Below are positions 1-9,900 of a stretch of 64,000 bases of DNA, piece by piece. Numbering within the stretch: the first letter of the stretch is position 1; each line of letters opens with the position of its first letter. The stretch is from NCBI GenBank assembly GCA_043825985.1, contig JBDRRB010000062.1, positions 1,245 to 65,244 of the forward strand. Direction: 5' to 3'. The stretch comes from a bacterium. GTDB lineage: Bacteria > Patescibacteriota > Patescibacteriia > SG8-24. The notes beneath the pieces were generated by a model. That model saw nothing but the letters and a program-made list of their open reading frames with translations. It ran no database searches and was not told where the DNA came from. Both the position numbers and the translations under genes were made by a program.

Positions 1-1
1 A

Positions 2-1894
2 CACCTGCACTATGCGACCCTCCAGGACGAGGTGCGCGAGACGGTGCAGGTCATCTCGGAGATCAAGGGCAGCTCGGGAGACCATTCCTGGAGCGACTTC
101 GCCATCCTGGTCCGCTCGCACGGCCAGGCCGACCCGTTCGCCGCCGAGCTGCAGCGGCGGGGCATCCCGTTCCAGTACCTGGCGCTCAAGGGGCTCTACG
201 CCAAGCCGGCGGTGCTCGACTGCATTGCCTACCTAAAGCTGCTCGACAACTACCACGAGAGCGCGGCGCTCTACCGCATCCTGGTCTCGCCGCCGTACTC
301 GCTGCCCGGGCCGGACCTGGTCGAGCTGACCCACATCGCCGATCGGCTCAAGGGCGAGTCGCTGTATGAGGTGATCAGGCGGAGGCACGAGCTCGCGGCC
401 GTGTCGCCCGAGGGCCAGGCCGTGCTCGACCGGCTGATGAGGCAGCTGGCCGACCATACCGACGTGGTGCGGCGGCAGGGGGTCCGGGAGGCGGCCGTCC
501 GCTGGCTGTACGACTCCGGCTACGTCGACCACCTGAAGGCCGCGGACACGGCCGAGAAGCAGGAGAGCCTGAGCCTGCTCAAGCAGTTCCTCGACCGGGT
601 CAAGCGCTACGAGGACGGGCACGATGACCCGAACCTGAGGCACTTCATGCAGGAGCTGGAGCTGGAGCGGGAGGGCGGCAACGCCGGGTCGCTGGCCTTC
701 GACGTCAACACCGGACCGGACATGGTGCGGATCATGACCGTCCACTCCTCGAAGGGGCTCGAGTTTCCGTACGTCTTCGTCGTCAACCTGGTCGACCAGC
801 GCTTTCCGACCAACCGGCGGGGAGGGGAGATTGAGCTGCCGGACGCGCTGACCAAGGAGATCGTGCCCGAGGGCGACATGCACTTGGAGGAGGAGCGGCG
901 GCTGTTCTACGTGGCCATGACCCGGGCCAAGGACGGCCTGTTCCTGACTTCGGCCGAGGACTACGGCGGACGGCGGAAGAAGAAGCCGTCGCGGTTCCTG
1001 TCCGAGCTGGGCTTCGACCGCACGCCGGTCGCGCCGTCCATGGAGCTGCTCGAGGATATCAGGCCTGCTCCGGCGGTGAGATCGGCCCCGTCGGACTACC
1101 GTCCGCCCAGCTCGTTCAGCTTCTCGCAGCTTGAGGCCTACGACCGCTGCCCGCTCCAGTACCGGTTCGCGCACGTCCTGCGGCTGCCGGTCTTCGGCAA
1201 GGCGTCGATGAGCTTCGGCAAGACCATGCACGCTGCCCTCGAGCGGTTCATGGGGGAGCTGGCCGTCCGCTCCGCCTCCAGGCAGGGGCAGCTGTTCGGC
1301 GGCGACCCGGGCGTTCCGGCGCCGGATGCCGGACTGCCGGTCAGCCTGAAGGAGCTGCTCGAGATGTACGACCAGAGCTGGATCAGCGACTGGTACAAGG
1401 ACGACGCGGAGAGGGAGAAGTTCCGGCGGGACGGGCGCCGCATGCTGGAGGGGTTCTACGAGGACCTGTCGGCCGGCCGGCCGGTGCCGCTGCTCCTGGA
1501 GCAGGACTTCCGCCTGAAGCTGGGCGGGCATGTCTTCCGCGGCAAGATAGACCGCATCGACCTGCTCCCAGACGGGACGCACGAGATCGTCGACTACAAG
1601 ACCGGCACACCCAAGGATAAGCTGTCCGCGGACGACAAGCGCCAGCTGCTCCTGTACCAGCTGGCGGCCGGCCGGGCGCTGGGACTGAGGTCGACCAGGC
1701 TGACCTTCCATTACCTAAAGGACGGGACCAAGCAGAGCTTCATCGGCAGCGACGAGGACCTCGGCAAGCTGGAGGAGCAGATCGAGGCTACCCTGCAGGA
1801 GATCGTGGCCGGCGAGTTCGTCCCCAAGCCGAGCATGATAAACTGCCAGAACTGCGACTTCTCCGGCATCTGCGAGTTCAAGTCAAAGACCTAG
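2..1894 (+). CDS. ATP-dependent helicase/nuclease, C-terminal part (UvrD/PcrA-like helicase domain 2 fused to PD-(D/E)XK Cas4/AddB-like nuclease with 4-Cys cluster); 5' end lies outside the window
   Basis: The frame is open from nt 2. UvrD C-terminal motifs VHSSKGLEFPYVFVV and FYVAMTRAKDGLFL are present. The C-terminal domain carries YDRCPLQY, DYKTG and CQNCDFSGIC, a RecB/Cas4-type nuclease with an Fe-S cysteine quartet. Confidence 0.8.
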   Translation, partial: HLHYATLQDEVRETVQVISEIKGSSGDHSWSDFAILVRSHGQADPFAAELQRRGIPFQYLALKGLYAKPAVLDCIAYLKLLDNYHESAALYRILVSPPYSLPGPDLVELTHIADRLKGESLYEVIRRRHELAAVSPEGQAVLDRLMRQLADHTDVVRRQGVREAAVRWLYDSGYVDHLKAADTAEKQESLSLLKQFLDRVKRYEDGHDDPNLRHFMQELELEREGGNAGSLAFDVNTGPDMVRIMTVHSSKGLEFPYVFVVNLVDQRFPTNRRGGEIELPDALTKEIVPEGDMHLEEERRLFYVAMTRAKDGLFLTSAEDYGGRRKKKPSRFLSELGFDRTPVAPSMELLEDIRPAPAVRSAPSDYRPPSSFSFSQLEAYDRCPLQYRFAHVLRLPVFGKASMSFGKTMHAALERFMGELAVRSASRQGQLFGGDPGVPAPDAGLPVSLKELLEMYDQSWISDWYKDDAEREKFRRDGRRMLEGFYEDLSAGRPVPLLLEQDFRLKLGGHVFRGKIDRIDLLPDGTHEIVDYKTGTPKDKLSADDKRQLLLYQLAAGRALGLRSTRLTFHYLKDGTKQSFIGSDEDLGKLEEQIEATLQEIVAGEFVPKPSMINCQNCDFSGICEFKSKT

Positions 1895-1906
1895 ATCCGA
1901 CGTGCC

Positions 1907-2200
1907 ATGACCTTCCAGAAGATCGACAACCTGATGGGCGGCTCGCTGCGGCGGGCCGGGGCGGCCGGCAAGGTCAGGGCCGCGATCGTGGCCGACACTT
2001 TCCTGGCTGTCGTGCGTAAGCGCTACGGCGCCGCCGCGGACCGGGCCGTGGTCCGGCGCTTTCGGGACGGCGCTGTGACCGTGGCCTGCGGATCGTCGGC
2101 GCTGGCCGAGGAGGTAAGGCTCGCCTCGGCTGAGCTGGTCGCCGAGACCAACCGCCGGCTCGGATCCGAGACGGTGCAGCGGCTCATGGCCGTGACCTGA
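1907..2200 (+). CDS. DUF721/DciA-like small protein
   Basis: 97-aa Arg/Ala-rich protein immediately after the helicase. Its size and composition resemble DUF721 (DciA) proteins. There is no decisive motif. Confidence 0.35.
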   Translation: MTFQKIDNLMGGSLRRAGAAGKVRAAIVADTFLAVVRKRYGAAADRAVVRRFRDGAVTVACGSSALAEEVRLASAELVAETNRRLGSETVQRLMAVT

Positions 2201-2215
2201 GCGGCGATGGTATGA

Positions 2216-2620
2216 TTGTCCGGTAATCGAACCGACATGACCCTGCGACAGTACCTGACCATGATGGCCGCCGGCACCGCGCTCTCCTGGGGAGCGGTCT
2301 GCCTGATGGTGACCATGATCGACCCGACGGTCTCCCGGCCGGCGGTGTTCGTCGTGTTCTACGCCAGCCTGCTGCTGTCCCTGACCGGGACGTTCGCCCT
2401 GGCCGGCTTCGTGTCCCGGGTCTCCCTGCTCGGAAAGAGGGACCAGCTGTCGCGGCAGGTCGCGGTCTCGTTCCGTCAGGCGCTGATGCTCTCGCTGACT
2501 GCCGTCGCCATCCTCTTCATGCAGAGCCAGGGGGTGCTGACCTGGTGGAATGCCGTCCTGACGGCCGCCGCGGCGACGGTCCTGGAGGCCTTCTTCATCT
2601 CGGTCGGCAACCGGACCTGA
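2216..2620 (+). CDS. hypothetical integral membrane protein
   Basis: 134 aa with 3-4 hydrophobic helices (LSWGAVCLMVTMI, VFVVFYASLLLSLTGTFALAGFV, LMLSLTAVAILFM). It is tightly packed between neighbouring genes. Confidence 0.5.
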   Translation: MSGNRTDMTLRQYLTMMAAGTALSWGAVCLMVTMIDPTVSRPAVFVVFYASLLLSLTGTFALAGFVSRVSLLGKRDQLSRQVAVSFRQALMLSLTAVAILFMQSQGVLTWWNAVLTAAAATVLEAFFISVGNRT

Positions 2621-2730
2621 ACGGCAAAATCCGGCGGCATTTGGGGCCTTTTGCTTGTTGTGCTAAGGCCTTTTGCTATGTATACTGGGCCTGCCCAATG
2701 GGGGAAAGCTTATACTGATGAGCAAAAAAG

Positions 2731-3801
2731 ATGTTCAAGAGATACCTGCGCCGCTTCTCCAAGGATCTGGGGATTGACCTCGGCACCTCAAACACGCTGG
2801 TCTACTGTCGGGACAAGGGGATTATGGTCAACGAGCCGTCGGTGGTCGCGCTCAACACGCGGACCGGACAGATCGTGGCCGTCGGGCACAGCGCCAAGGA
2901 CATGATCGGAAAGACCCCGTCCCACATCAGCACCGTCAAGCCGCTCGTGTCCGGCATCATTTCGGACTTCGAGGTGACGGAAAAGATGCTCAAGTACTTC
3001 ATCGAGCGCATCCACCGCGACGGCTTCTTCTTCCTGCCCCGGCCGCGGGTCGTGGTCAGCGTCCCCCTGGACCTGACCGAAGTCGAGCGCAAGGCCGTCG
3101 AGGACGCCGCGCTGAACGCCGGCGCGCGGGAGGTGTTCCTGGTCGAGGAGCCGATGGCCGCGGCGATCGGGTCGCGCCTGCCGATCACCGAGCCGGTCGG
3201 GAACATGATCGTCGACATCGGCGGGGGCATGACCGAGATCGCGGTCATCTCGCTCGGCGGCGTGGTGACCTGGAAGTCGCTGCGCGTGGCCGGCGACGAG
3301 ATGAACAAGAACATCGTCAAGTACGCCCGCGAGACGTTCAACCTGCTGCTGGGCGAGCGGGTGGCCGAGAACATAAAGATCCGCATCGGCACCGCGGCCG
3401 AGCCGGAGGAGCCGCTGGAGATGGAGATGCGCGGCCGGGACATGATCTCCGGCCTGCCCAAGGAGATCATCGTCGGCGACGCGCAGATCAGGCAGGCCCT
3501 GGCCCGTTCGGTCAAGACCATCGTCGAGAGCATCAAGACCGCGCTTGAGGTCACCCCGCCGGAGTTGGTGGCGGACATCTACGAGCGCGGAATCGTCATG
3601 ACTGGCGGCGGGTCGCTGCTGCGCGGGCTCGACGAGGTGGTGTCGCGGGCGACGGAGATTCCGGTCCGCATCACCGACGACCCGCTGACCTGCGTGGTCC
3701 GCGGGACCGGCATCCTGCTCGAGAACGAGGACCTGCTGCAGACCGTCGCCCTGCCCTCGTCGCAGGAGACGCGGAAGGAGAACCTGGCCGCCTTCAAGTA
3801 G
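2731..3801 (+). CDS. mreB: rod shape-determining protein MreB
   Basis: N-terminal GIDLGTSNTLVY actin-fold phosphate-1 motif. Full-length actin-like ATPase. Followed by mreC and mreD. Confidence 0.95.
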   Translation: MFKRYLRRFSKDLGIDLGTSNTLVYCRDKGIMVNEPSVVALNTRTGQIVAVGHSAKDMIGKTPSHISTVKPLVSGIISDFEVTEKMLKYFIERIHRDGFFFLPRPRVVVSVPLDLTEVERKAVEDAALNAGAREVFLVEEPMAAAIGSRLPITEPVGNMIVDIGGGMTEIAVISLGGVVTWKSLRVAGDEMNKNIVKYARETFNLLLGERVAENIKIRIGTAAEPEEPLEMEMRGRDMISGLPKEIIVGDAQIRQALARSVKTIVESIKTALEVTPPELVADIYERGIVMTGGGSLLRGLDEVVSRATEIPVRITDDPLTCVVRGTGILLENEDLLQTVALPSSQETRKENLAAFK

Positions 3802-3835
3802 GCAGCGCGAAGGCCGGCTGAAACCAACGCGCACG

Positions 3836-4678
3836 ATGCGACCGGAAAGGATACAGCGAGTCGCGGCGGCGGTCCTGGTCGTCGCCGTGGCGATCATACT
3901 GCTCAGGCTGACGGGCGTGCTGTCCGCCGCTTTCGGTCTGGCCTCGTCGGCCTTCGCCGGTCTGGCGGCTCCGCTGCACGGTGCGGCCGTGTCCGGCCTG
4001 GCGCCGTCCGGACAGAGCGACTGCCCCGAACTGGACCAGGAGCTGGACTCGCTCCGGCTCGAGAACTCGCGGCTGCGGACCCTGGTCTCCGAGAACGCTG
4101 CCCTCAAGACGGCCCTGGACTTCAGGGAAAGGGAATCGACCCGGTCGGTGATGGCCCGGGTGCTGTCCCAGTCGTCCGACCCGACCTTCGCCGGCCTGAC
4201 GATCGACCGCGGCTCGGACGACGGGCTGTCTGCTGGCCAGCCGGTCGTGGTCGGCGACGGGGTGCTGGTCGGCAAGGTCTACGCCGTCCGACGCCGGACC
4301 GCCTCGGTGCTGCTCCTGACCGACTCCTCCAGCCGGCTGGCCGTGGCCGTGCAGGGCGGCTCGGGGACGCTGGGCGTGCTGGAGGGAAACCGCGGCATAA
4401 CCCTGGCCATCTCCCTCATCCCGCAGTCCGAACGGGTCTCACCGGGCGACATGGTCGTCACCTCCGGGCTTGAGCCGGGGATCCGCGCCGGCCTGGTGGT
4501 CGGAACGGTCGAGAAAGTCCAGCGCGATAGCCAGGAGCCGTTCCAGACGGCCAACATACTTCCGTTCGAGAGCGCCGTCCGGCCGATACTGGTGCAGGTG
4601 CTGATTCCCGAATTCGAGTTCGACCCGGCGGCCGTTTCCCGTCCGGAGGTCGAGACCGGATCGGCGGCGGCGCAATGA
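3836..4678 (+). CDS. mreC: rod shape-determining protein MreC
   Basis: N-terminal TM, coiled-coil segment LDQELDSLRLENSRLRTLVSENAALK, then a beta-rich domain. Sits between mreB and mreD. Confidence 0.85.
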   Translation: MRPERIQRVAAAVLVVAVAIILLRLTGVLSAAFGLASSAFAGLAAPLHGAAVSGLAPSGQSDCPELDQELDSLRLENSRLRTLVSENAALKTALDFRERESTRSVMARVLSQSSDPTFAGLTIDRGSDDGLSAGQPVVVGDGVLVGKVYAVRRRTASVLLLTDSSSRLAVAVQGGSGTLGVLEGNRGITLAISLIPQSERVSPGDMVVTSGLEPGIRAGLVVGTVEKVQRDSQEPFQTANILPFESAVRPILVQVLIPEFEFDPAAVSRPEVETGSAAAQ

Positions 4679-4695
4679 CATGATGACCTGAGGTA

Positions 4696-5247
4696 ATGAG
4701 AGGGACACTGGCGATACTGTCGTTGGGCATGGTGCTGGCGCTGCTTCAGGCGGCGACTTTTTCGGTTCTGCCGTTTCCCGTGTCACTGATCAACCTGCCG
4801 CTCATGGTCTCGATTGCCCTGGTGCTGTCCTTCCGCTTCCGTCTGGCGGTCGCCTCCGCCGCGCTTTCCGGGCTGGTCCTCGACGCGCTCGTGCCCTCGC
4901 CGGCCTGGACGTCCGCGCTGTCGCTGGCCGCGGTGACGGCCCTGTCCGGCCTGCTCGTGTCCAGGTACGTCAGTCACCGGTCGATCGCCTCGGTCATCGG
5001 GTCGCACGGGCTGGCCTTCGTCGGCGTCGGAGTGCTGTCCTTTGCCATGCACTCTGTTGTCAGGACTTTCGGCGGAGAGCCCCTGGTTCATCCGGGAACC
5101 CTATCGGCGGCAGTCGGCGTCGTGATCGCGCTGCCGGTACAGTGCCTGACCGTGCTGGCTGTCCGTTGGATCTCCGGCTGGCTTCACGGACGCTTGGGAC
5201 GGATAGTGCTCGTTCTGCCGGGAAGTAATCGAATCGGACGCCTATGA
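4696..5247 (+). CDS. mreD: rod shape-determining protein MreD
   Basis: 183-aa polytopic membrane protein directly after mreC and overlapping the start of PBP2. Confidence 0.7.
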   Translation: MRGTLAILSLGMVLALLQAATFSVLPFPVSLINLPLMVSIALVLSFRFRLAVASAALSGLVLDALVPSPAWTSALSLAAVTALSGLLVSRYVSHRSIASVIGSHGLAFVGVGVLSFAMHSVVRTFGGEPLVHPGTLSAAVGVVIALPVQCLTVLAVRWISGWLHGRLGRIVLVLPGSNRIGRL

Positions 5248-7205
5248 GGCTGTGGCCGAGAAGAAAACACGGCGACGGACGCCTGTTCCCGCTGGAGCTG
5301 GACCTGCCGAGCGTCCGGTCGGCCGGAGAAGACCTGGCTTTCGTCGACGACACCATGGCCGACTGGGGCGGACGGGTCGCGCCGGACCACGAGAGGAACC
5401 GGCGGGTCTCCGCTTCGGTCGGCACCGCACGGCTCATACCGGTCTGGGCGGCGATGCTCCTCGCGCTGGTGGCGGTGATGGGCCGGGCGGCGCAGATTCA
5501 GATCGCCGACCGCGACCACTACGCGGTCCTGGCCGAGGGAAACCGCAGCCGAATCGAGCGGGTTCCGGCCGAACGGGGGATCATCTTCGACCGGACCGGA
5601 CAGACCCTGGTGACGAACGTCCCCAAGTTCTCGGTCACGGTCACGCCGGCCGACCTGCCAACAGTCCCGATCGAACGGCGGATAGTCCTGGGACAGCTGG
5701 CCGAGACGGTCGGCCTTGCCCCGCGCGACATCGAGTTCAGCCTGCAGCGGGCCGTCGGGCAGGGATTGGCGCCGACACCGGTGGCGGTCGCCGACGACAT
5801 CACCCACGAGCAGGCGGTGCTGGTCGAGGTGCTTTCCTCCCGTTGGCCTGGGGTGCAGCTGCTGCGCGGCGCCAAGCGCGAGTATCCGCTGGGCCAGGAG
5901 GTGCCGTCGCTGTCGCACGTGGTCGGGTTCGAGGCGGTCGTGACGCCGGAGGACATCGAGTCCGGCGACTACCTGCCGACCGATCGGGTCGGGCGGACCG
6001 GGTTGGAGCGAAGCTACGAGCCGGAGCTGCGCGGAGAATACGGCCGGCGGCGCGTCGAGGTCGATGCGTTGGGGCGTCGCAAGACGACCATCGCCGAGGA
6101 GTCCGGGGTTCCCGGCCGAAACCTGGTGCTGACGGTCGATGCGGACCTTCAGCGGGTGGCGGAAGGGGCGCTGCGCCGCAGCCTCGACTCGTCCGGCTGC
6201 CGGCGGGGAAGCGTGATCGTCATGCGTCCGGGCAGCGGGGAGGTCCTGGCCCTGGTCAGCTGGCCGGCCTTCGACAACAACCTCTTCGCCGGCGGCATAT
6301 CCAGCCAGGAATACGCCGCCCTGTCCGAGGACGAGGACAACCCGCTGTTCGCGCGGGCCATCGGTGCGGCCCTGCCGTCGGGATCGGTCTTCAAGCCGGT
6401 CATAGCGGCCGCCGCCCTGTCCGAGGGCATCGTCACTCCCCGGACGACCTTCATGTCGGCCGGCGGGATATCGGTCGGCCGGTGGTTCTTCCCGGACTGG
6501 AAGGCCGGCGGGCATGGCCTGACCAACCTGGCCAAGGCCATCTCCGAGTCGGTCAACACCTATTTCTATATCGTCGGCGGCGGACTGGACAGCCGGGAGG
6601 GATTGGGGCTGGAGCGGATCGTGCGCTACGCCCGGATGTTCGGCTTCGGCGAGCGGACCGGCATCGACCTGGCCGGAGAGGGAGAGGGCTTCCTGCCTTC
6701 CGAGGAATGGAAGGAGAGGACCAAGGGCGAGCAGTGGTTCATCGGCGACACCTACCACCTGGCCATCGGTCAGGGAGACCTGCTGGTCACGCCGCTGCAG
6801 GTGGCGGTGATGACGGCCGCCTTCGCCAACGGCGGGGACATCGTCCGGCCGCACCTGGTGTCGGCCCTGCTCTCGTCGGACGGCCAGCGCGAGGAGCTCC
6901 TGGTTGAGCCTGTGGCCGAGGATGTCCTGCCGTCGGACGTGATCGAGGCCGTGCGCCAGGGCATGCGCGATTCCGTCCTCTACGGCAGCTCCCGCGGACT
7001 GTCGCTCCTGCCCGTCCCGGCCGCCGGAAAGACCGGCACCGCCCAGTGGAGCAGCCAGCACGACAACCATGCCTGGTTCACCTCCTTCGCCCCCTACGAC
7101 CGGCCGGAGATCTCGGTCACGGTCATGACCGAGGAGGGCGTCGAGGGTTCGCGCACGGCCGTACCGGTGGCCCGCGAAATAATGGAATACTATTTCCGCA
7201 AATGA
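5244..7205 (+). CDS. mrdA: penicillin-binding protein 2 (peptidoglycan D,D-transpeptidase)
   Basis: TM anchor and PBP dimerisation domain. Transpeptidase motifs SxxK (GSVFKP), SxN (SESVN) and KTG (GKTGTA). ATGA overlap with mreD. Confidence 0.92.
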   Translation: MRLWPRRKHGDGRLFPLELDLPSVRSAGEDLAFVDDTMADWGGRVAPDHERNRRVSASVGTARLIPVWAAMLLALVAVMGRAAQIQIADRDHYAVLAEGNRSRIERVPAERGIIFDRTGQTLVTNVPKFSVTVTPADLPTVPIERRIVLGQLAETVGLAPRDIEFSLQRAVGQGLAPTPVAVADDITHEQAVLVEVLSSRWPGVQLLRGAKREYPLGQEVPSLSHVVGFEAVVTPEDIESGDYLPTDRVGRTGLERSYEPELRGEYGRRRVEVDALGRRKTTIAEESGVPGRNLVLTVDADLQRVAEGALRRSLDSSGCRRGSVIVMRPGSGEVLALVSWPAFDNNLFAGGISSQEYAALSEDEDNPLFARAIGAALPSGSVFKPVIAAAALSEGIVTPRTTFMSAGGISVGRWFFPDWKAGGHGLTNLAKAISESVNTYFYIVGGGLDSREGLGLERIVRYARMFGFGERTGIDLAGEGEGFLPSEEWKERTKGEQWFIGDTYHLAIGQGDLLVTPLQVAVMTAAFANGGDIVRPHLVSALLSSDGQREELLVEPVAEDVLPSDVIEAVRQGMRDSVLYGSSRGLSLLPVPAAGKTGTAQWSSQHDNHAWFTSFAPYDRPEISVTVMTEEGVEGSRTAVPVAREIMEYYFRK

Positions 7206-7261
7206 GGCCTTTCGGGCGGCGGGCGGCGGCTTGACACCCCATCCGGGCGTCCGTATCCTCA

Positions 7262-7759
7262 ATGCTGTACGTTCGTGCGCTAATGACGAATCATATGCAG
7301 AATCGGATGGTCTACGTGTCGCCGGAAGGCCTGCGTCGGCTCAAGGACGAACTGGCCGAGCTCAGGGGCAGCCGGATCAAGGAAGTGGCCGGCAAGATCG
7401 AGAAGGCCAAGGAGTTCGGCGACCTGAAGGAGAACTCGGAATATCACGACGCCAAGGACGAGATGTCGATGCTGATGTCCCGGATCAGGCAGATCGAGGA
7501 CCAGATAGCCCGGGCCGTCGTGGTCGAGAAGGGTACCGGCTCCGATACGGTCGGAATCGGGTCGACGGTCCGGATCAGCGGCTCTGGACGCGAGAAGACG
7601 ATCGTTGTCGTCGGTGCGCCCGAGGCCGATCCGTCCAAGGGGCTGATCTCCAACGACTCGCCGCTGGGCAAGGCGCTGATCGGACGGAAGGTGGGGGAGA
7701 CCGCCACCATCAACGCCCCGGCCGGGGAACTCAAGTATCAAATCATCGAGATCGACTGA
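7262..7759 (+). CDS. greA: transcription elongation factor GreA
   Basis: YVSPEGLRRLKDELAELRGSRIKEVAGKIEKAKEFGDLKENSEYHDAKDE is the GreA N-terminal coiled coil with acidic residues. The C-terminal domain is FKBP-like. The start may be one of the internal Met (nt 7283 or 7295). Confidence 0.9.
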   Translation: MLYVRALMTNHMQNRMVYVSPEGLRRLKDELAELRGSRIKEVAGKIEKAKEFGDLKENSEYHDAKDEMSMLMSRIRQIEDQIARAVVVEKGTGSDTVGIGSTVRISGSGREKTIVVVGAPEADPSKGLISNDSPLGKALIGRKVGETATINAPAGELKYQIIEID

Positions 7760-7770
7760 CCGTCATCCAT

Positions 7771-9285
7771 ATGGCCGAACAACCAAACGAGGAATCGATC
7801 GTCCGGCTCGAGAAGCTGCAGCGGCTCAGGGAGCGGGGGACCGATCCCTTTCCGGCCCGGAGCGGACGGACCCATACTGTCGGGGAAGTGCTGGACGACT
7901 TTGAGGCCAAGGTCGAGGCCGGCGAATCGCTGACCTTGGCCGGACGCCTTAGGGCCAAGCGCGGGCACGGCGGGGCGAGCTTCGTCGACCTTGAGGACGG
8001 CACCGGCCGAATGCAGGTTCACCTGCGCCAGGATGCCCTCGGCATCGAGTCGTACGAGGCGTTCGAGGCGAACTTCGACGTCGGCGACTTCGTGCAGGTG
8101 ACCGGGTCGGCGTTCACTACCCGGCGGGGCGAGCGCAGCATTGAGGCCAAGGAAATCGTCCTGCTGACCAAGGCGCTTCGTCCGCTGCCCGACAAGTGGC
8201 ACGGGCTGACCGACACCGAGGTCCGTTACCGCAAGCGCTACCTCGACCTCGTCTCCAACCAGGAAGTGCGGAACATCTTCCGCCAGCGCAGCCTGATCGT
8301 CAGGACGATCCGCGACTTCTTTCAGGAAGAGGGCTTCATGGAGGTCGAGACGCCTATCCTGCAGCCGCTGGCCGGCGGCGCGACTGCCCGTCCATTCGTC
8401 ACGCACCACAACGCGCTGGACATCGACCTCTACCTCCGGATCGCGCCTGAACTGTACCTCAAGCGGCTGGTGGTGGGCGGATTCGAACGGGTCTTCGAGA
8501 TCGCGCGCTGCTTCCGCAACGAGGGCATCGACCACCTGCACAACCCGGAGTTCACCCAGGTCGAGTTCTACCAGGCCTACGCCAACTACCGTGACCTGAT
8601 GGACCTGACCGAGCGTCTCCTACCGCGGATAGTGATGGCGGTCAACGGTTCCCTGCAGGTCGAGTTCGACGGCGAGACCGTAGACTTCACCCCGCCCTAT
8701 CCGCGGCTGGGATTTCGCCAGGCGATCGTCGAGCGCGGCGGCCCGGACATCCAGGAATATCCGGACCGGCCTTCCCTGGCCAAGGCGGCCGGGGCCGCCG
8801 GCGTGAAGGTCGAGAGTTCCGACGGCCGGGGCGACATCATGGACTCCATCTACAAGAAGTTCGTGCGGACCCAGATCGTCAGCCCGGCCTTCATTATCGA
8901 CCATCCCATCGAGCTGTCCCCGCTGGCCAAGAAGAAGGCCGAGGACGGACGCTACGTGGAACGGTTTCAGCTGGTTCTGGGCCGCGGAACCGAGCTCTGC
9001 AACGCCTATTCGGAGCTAAACGACCCAATCGACCAGAAGGCGCGCTTTCTCGAGCAGGAAGGCCTGCGAGAGGGAGGCAACGACGAGGCCCAACGGCTCG
9101 ACGAGGACTTCATCGAGGCCCTGGAGACCGGCCTGCCGCCGACGGCCGGTTTCGGCATGGGCATCGACCGGCTGACCGCCATCCTGACCGGATCACACAG
9201 CCTCAAGGAGGTGATACTGTTCCCGACACTCAGGCCCGAAGCAAGCCCCGATGGCGAAGACAAGCAAAAGGGAGACCGCACCTAG
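7771..9285 (+). CDS. lysS: lysyl-tRNA synthetase (class II)
   Basis: ATG at 7771 (MAEQPNEE...) is in frame with the long ORF 7231..9285. OB-fold anticodon-binding N-terminus. Class II core contains [15 protein letters not shown] and the GMGIDRL motif 3. Confidence 0.93.
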   Translation: MAEQPNEESIVRLEKLQRLRERGTDPFPARSGRTHTVGEVLDDFEAKVEAGESLTLAGRLRAKRGHGGASFVDLEDGTGRMQVHLRQDALGIESYEAFEANFDVGDFVQVTGSAFTTRRGERSIEAKEIVLLTKALRPLPDKWHGLTDTEVRYRKRYLDLVSNQEVRNIFRQRSLIVRTIRDFFQEEGFMEVETPILQPLAGGATARPFVTHHNALDIDLYLRIAPELYLKRLVVGGFERVFEIARCFRNEGIDHLHNPEFTQVEFYQAYANYRDLMDLTERLLPRIVMAVNGSLQVEFDGETVDFTPPYPRLGFRQAIVERGGPDIQEYPDRPSLAKAAGAAGVKVESSDGRGDIMDSIYKKFVRTQIVSPAFIIDHPIELSPLAKKKAEDGRYVERFQLVLGRGTELCNAYSELNDPIDQKARFLEQEGLREGGNDEAQRLDEDFIEALETGLPPTAGFGMGIDRLTAILTGSHSLKEVILFPTLRPEASPDGEDKQKGDRT

Positions 9286-9772
9286 GCTCGAAGCCGACCG
9301 CCAGGACCGAGGTTCCAAACGTCGCAAAGAGACCAGCCGGCCGAAGACCGTGCTGGTCTTTGGCGTCTTTGACCTGCTGCACCCAGGTCACGTCTTCTTC
9401 CTGGAGCAGGCCCGTAGTCACGGCGAAAGGCTGGTGGTGATAGTGACTAGGGACGAACGGGCTCTGGAGGGCAAGGGGAGGCGCCCGGTCTTTTCTCTGG
9501 AAGAGAGACTTAAGCTGGTCGGGTCACTTCAGGCGGTCGACTTGGCCGAAGCTGGAGACCGACCGGGGGAATGGACTGCCATTTTGCGTCACAAGCCGAA
9601 TGTCATCTGCATCGGCCATGACCAAACAGCCGACCATCCAAAAATAAGGCAACAAATCGAATCGATCACCCCTAAACCACAGATATTGCGCTTACCGACG
9701 TACGGAGACGGGGAACTTTCGAGCTCGGCCATACGCCGACGCCTGCTTGACGAAACCGCTGGATCAGAATAA
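9251..9772 (+). CDS. cytidylyl/adenylyltransferase-like nucleotidyltransferase (HldE domain II / RfaE2 / TagD-like fold)
   Basis: VFGVFDLLHPGHVFFLEQAR (HxGH), KGRRPVFSLEERLKLVGSLQAVD and SSSAIRRRL match the D-beta-D-heptose-1-P adenylyltransferase / cytidylyltransferase family. The start is uncertain: ATG 9251 overlaps lysS by 35 nt, and an alternative GTG lies at 9350. Confidence 0.65.
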   Translation: MAKTSKRETAPRLEADRQDRGSKRRKETSRPKTVLVFGVFDLLHPGHVFFLEQARSHGERLVVIVTRDERALEGKGRRPVFSLEERLKLVGSLQAVDLAEAGDRPGEWTAILRHKPNVICIGHDQTADHPKIRQQIESITPKPQILRLPTYGDGELSSSAIRRRLLDETAGSE

Positions 9773-9857
9773 CGATTAAGTCATGAAGCGATCAGTTCAA
9801 AACATCGCCGAGTCGTCGCGCTCCATCTGATGGAGCTGACTTTGGACCCGAGATTTC

Positions 9858-9900
9858 TGAAGAGGCTCCGTCAATCTGCCGGGGCCTCTTCGTTTTTAAG
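9858..9900 (+). terminator. rho-independent terminator after the nucleotidyltransferase gene
   Basis: gaagaggctccgtcaatctgccggggcctcttc followed by gttttt. Confidence 0.6.

Noticed and set aside
12-236. 74-aa ORF at the window start
   Set aside because: An alternate frame of the helicase gene, Arg/Ser-rich.
233-1711. 492-aa ORF antisense to the helicase/nuclease gene
   Set aside because: It lies entirely inside a well-supported + strand gene. It has an Arg/Pro/Gln-rich low-complexity composition typical of antisense frames in high-GC DNA.
2788-4275. 495-aa and 258-aa ORFs antisense to mreB/mreC
   Set aside because: They overlap clear mreB and mreC coding sequence. There are no motifs, and the composition is Arg/Asp-rich.
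5184-7262. 692-aa minus-strand ORF and 551-aa alternate + frame (5252..6907) over PBP2
   Set aside because: PBP2 has SxxK/SxN/KTG motifs in the chosen frame. The alternatives are Arg/Gly/Pro-rich GC-frame artefacts.
7231-7770. 5' extension of the lysS ORF back to 7231, overlapping greA
   Set aside because: The extension is Arg/Gly-rich and overlaps greA in another frame. The canonical LysRS N-terminus begins at the ATG at 7771.
7738-8541. 267-aa ORF antisense to lysS
   Set aside because: Internal to a well-supported synthetase gene and has no motifs.
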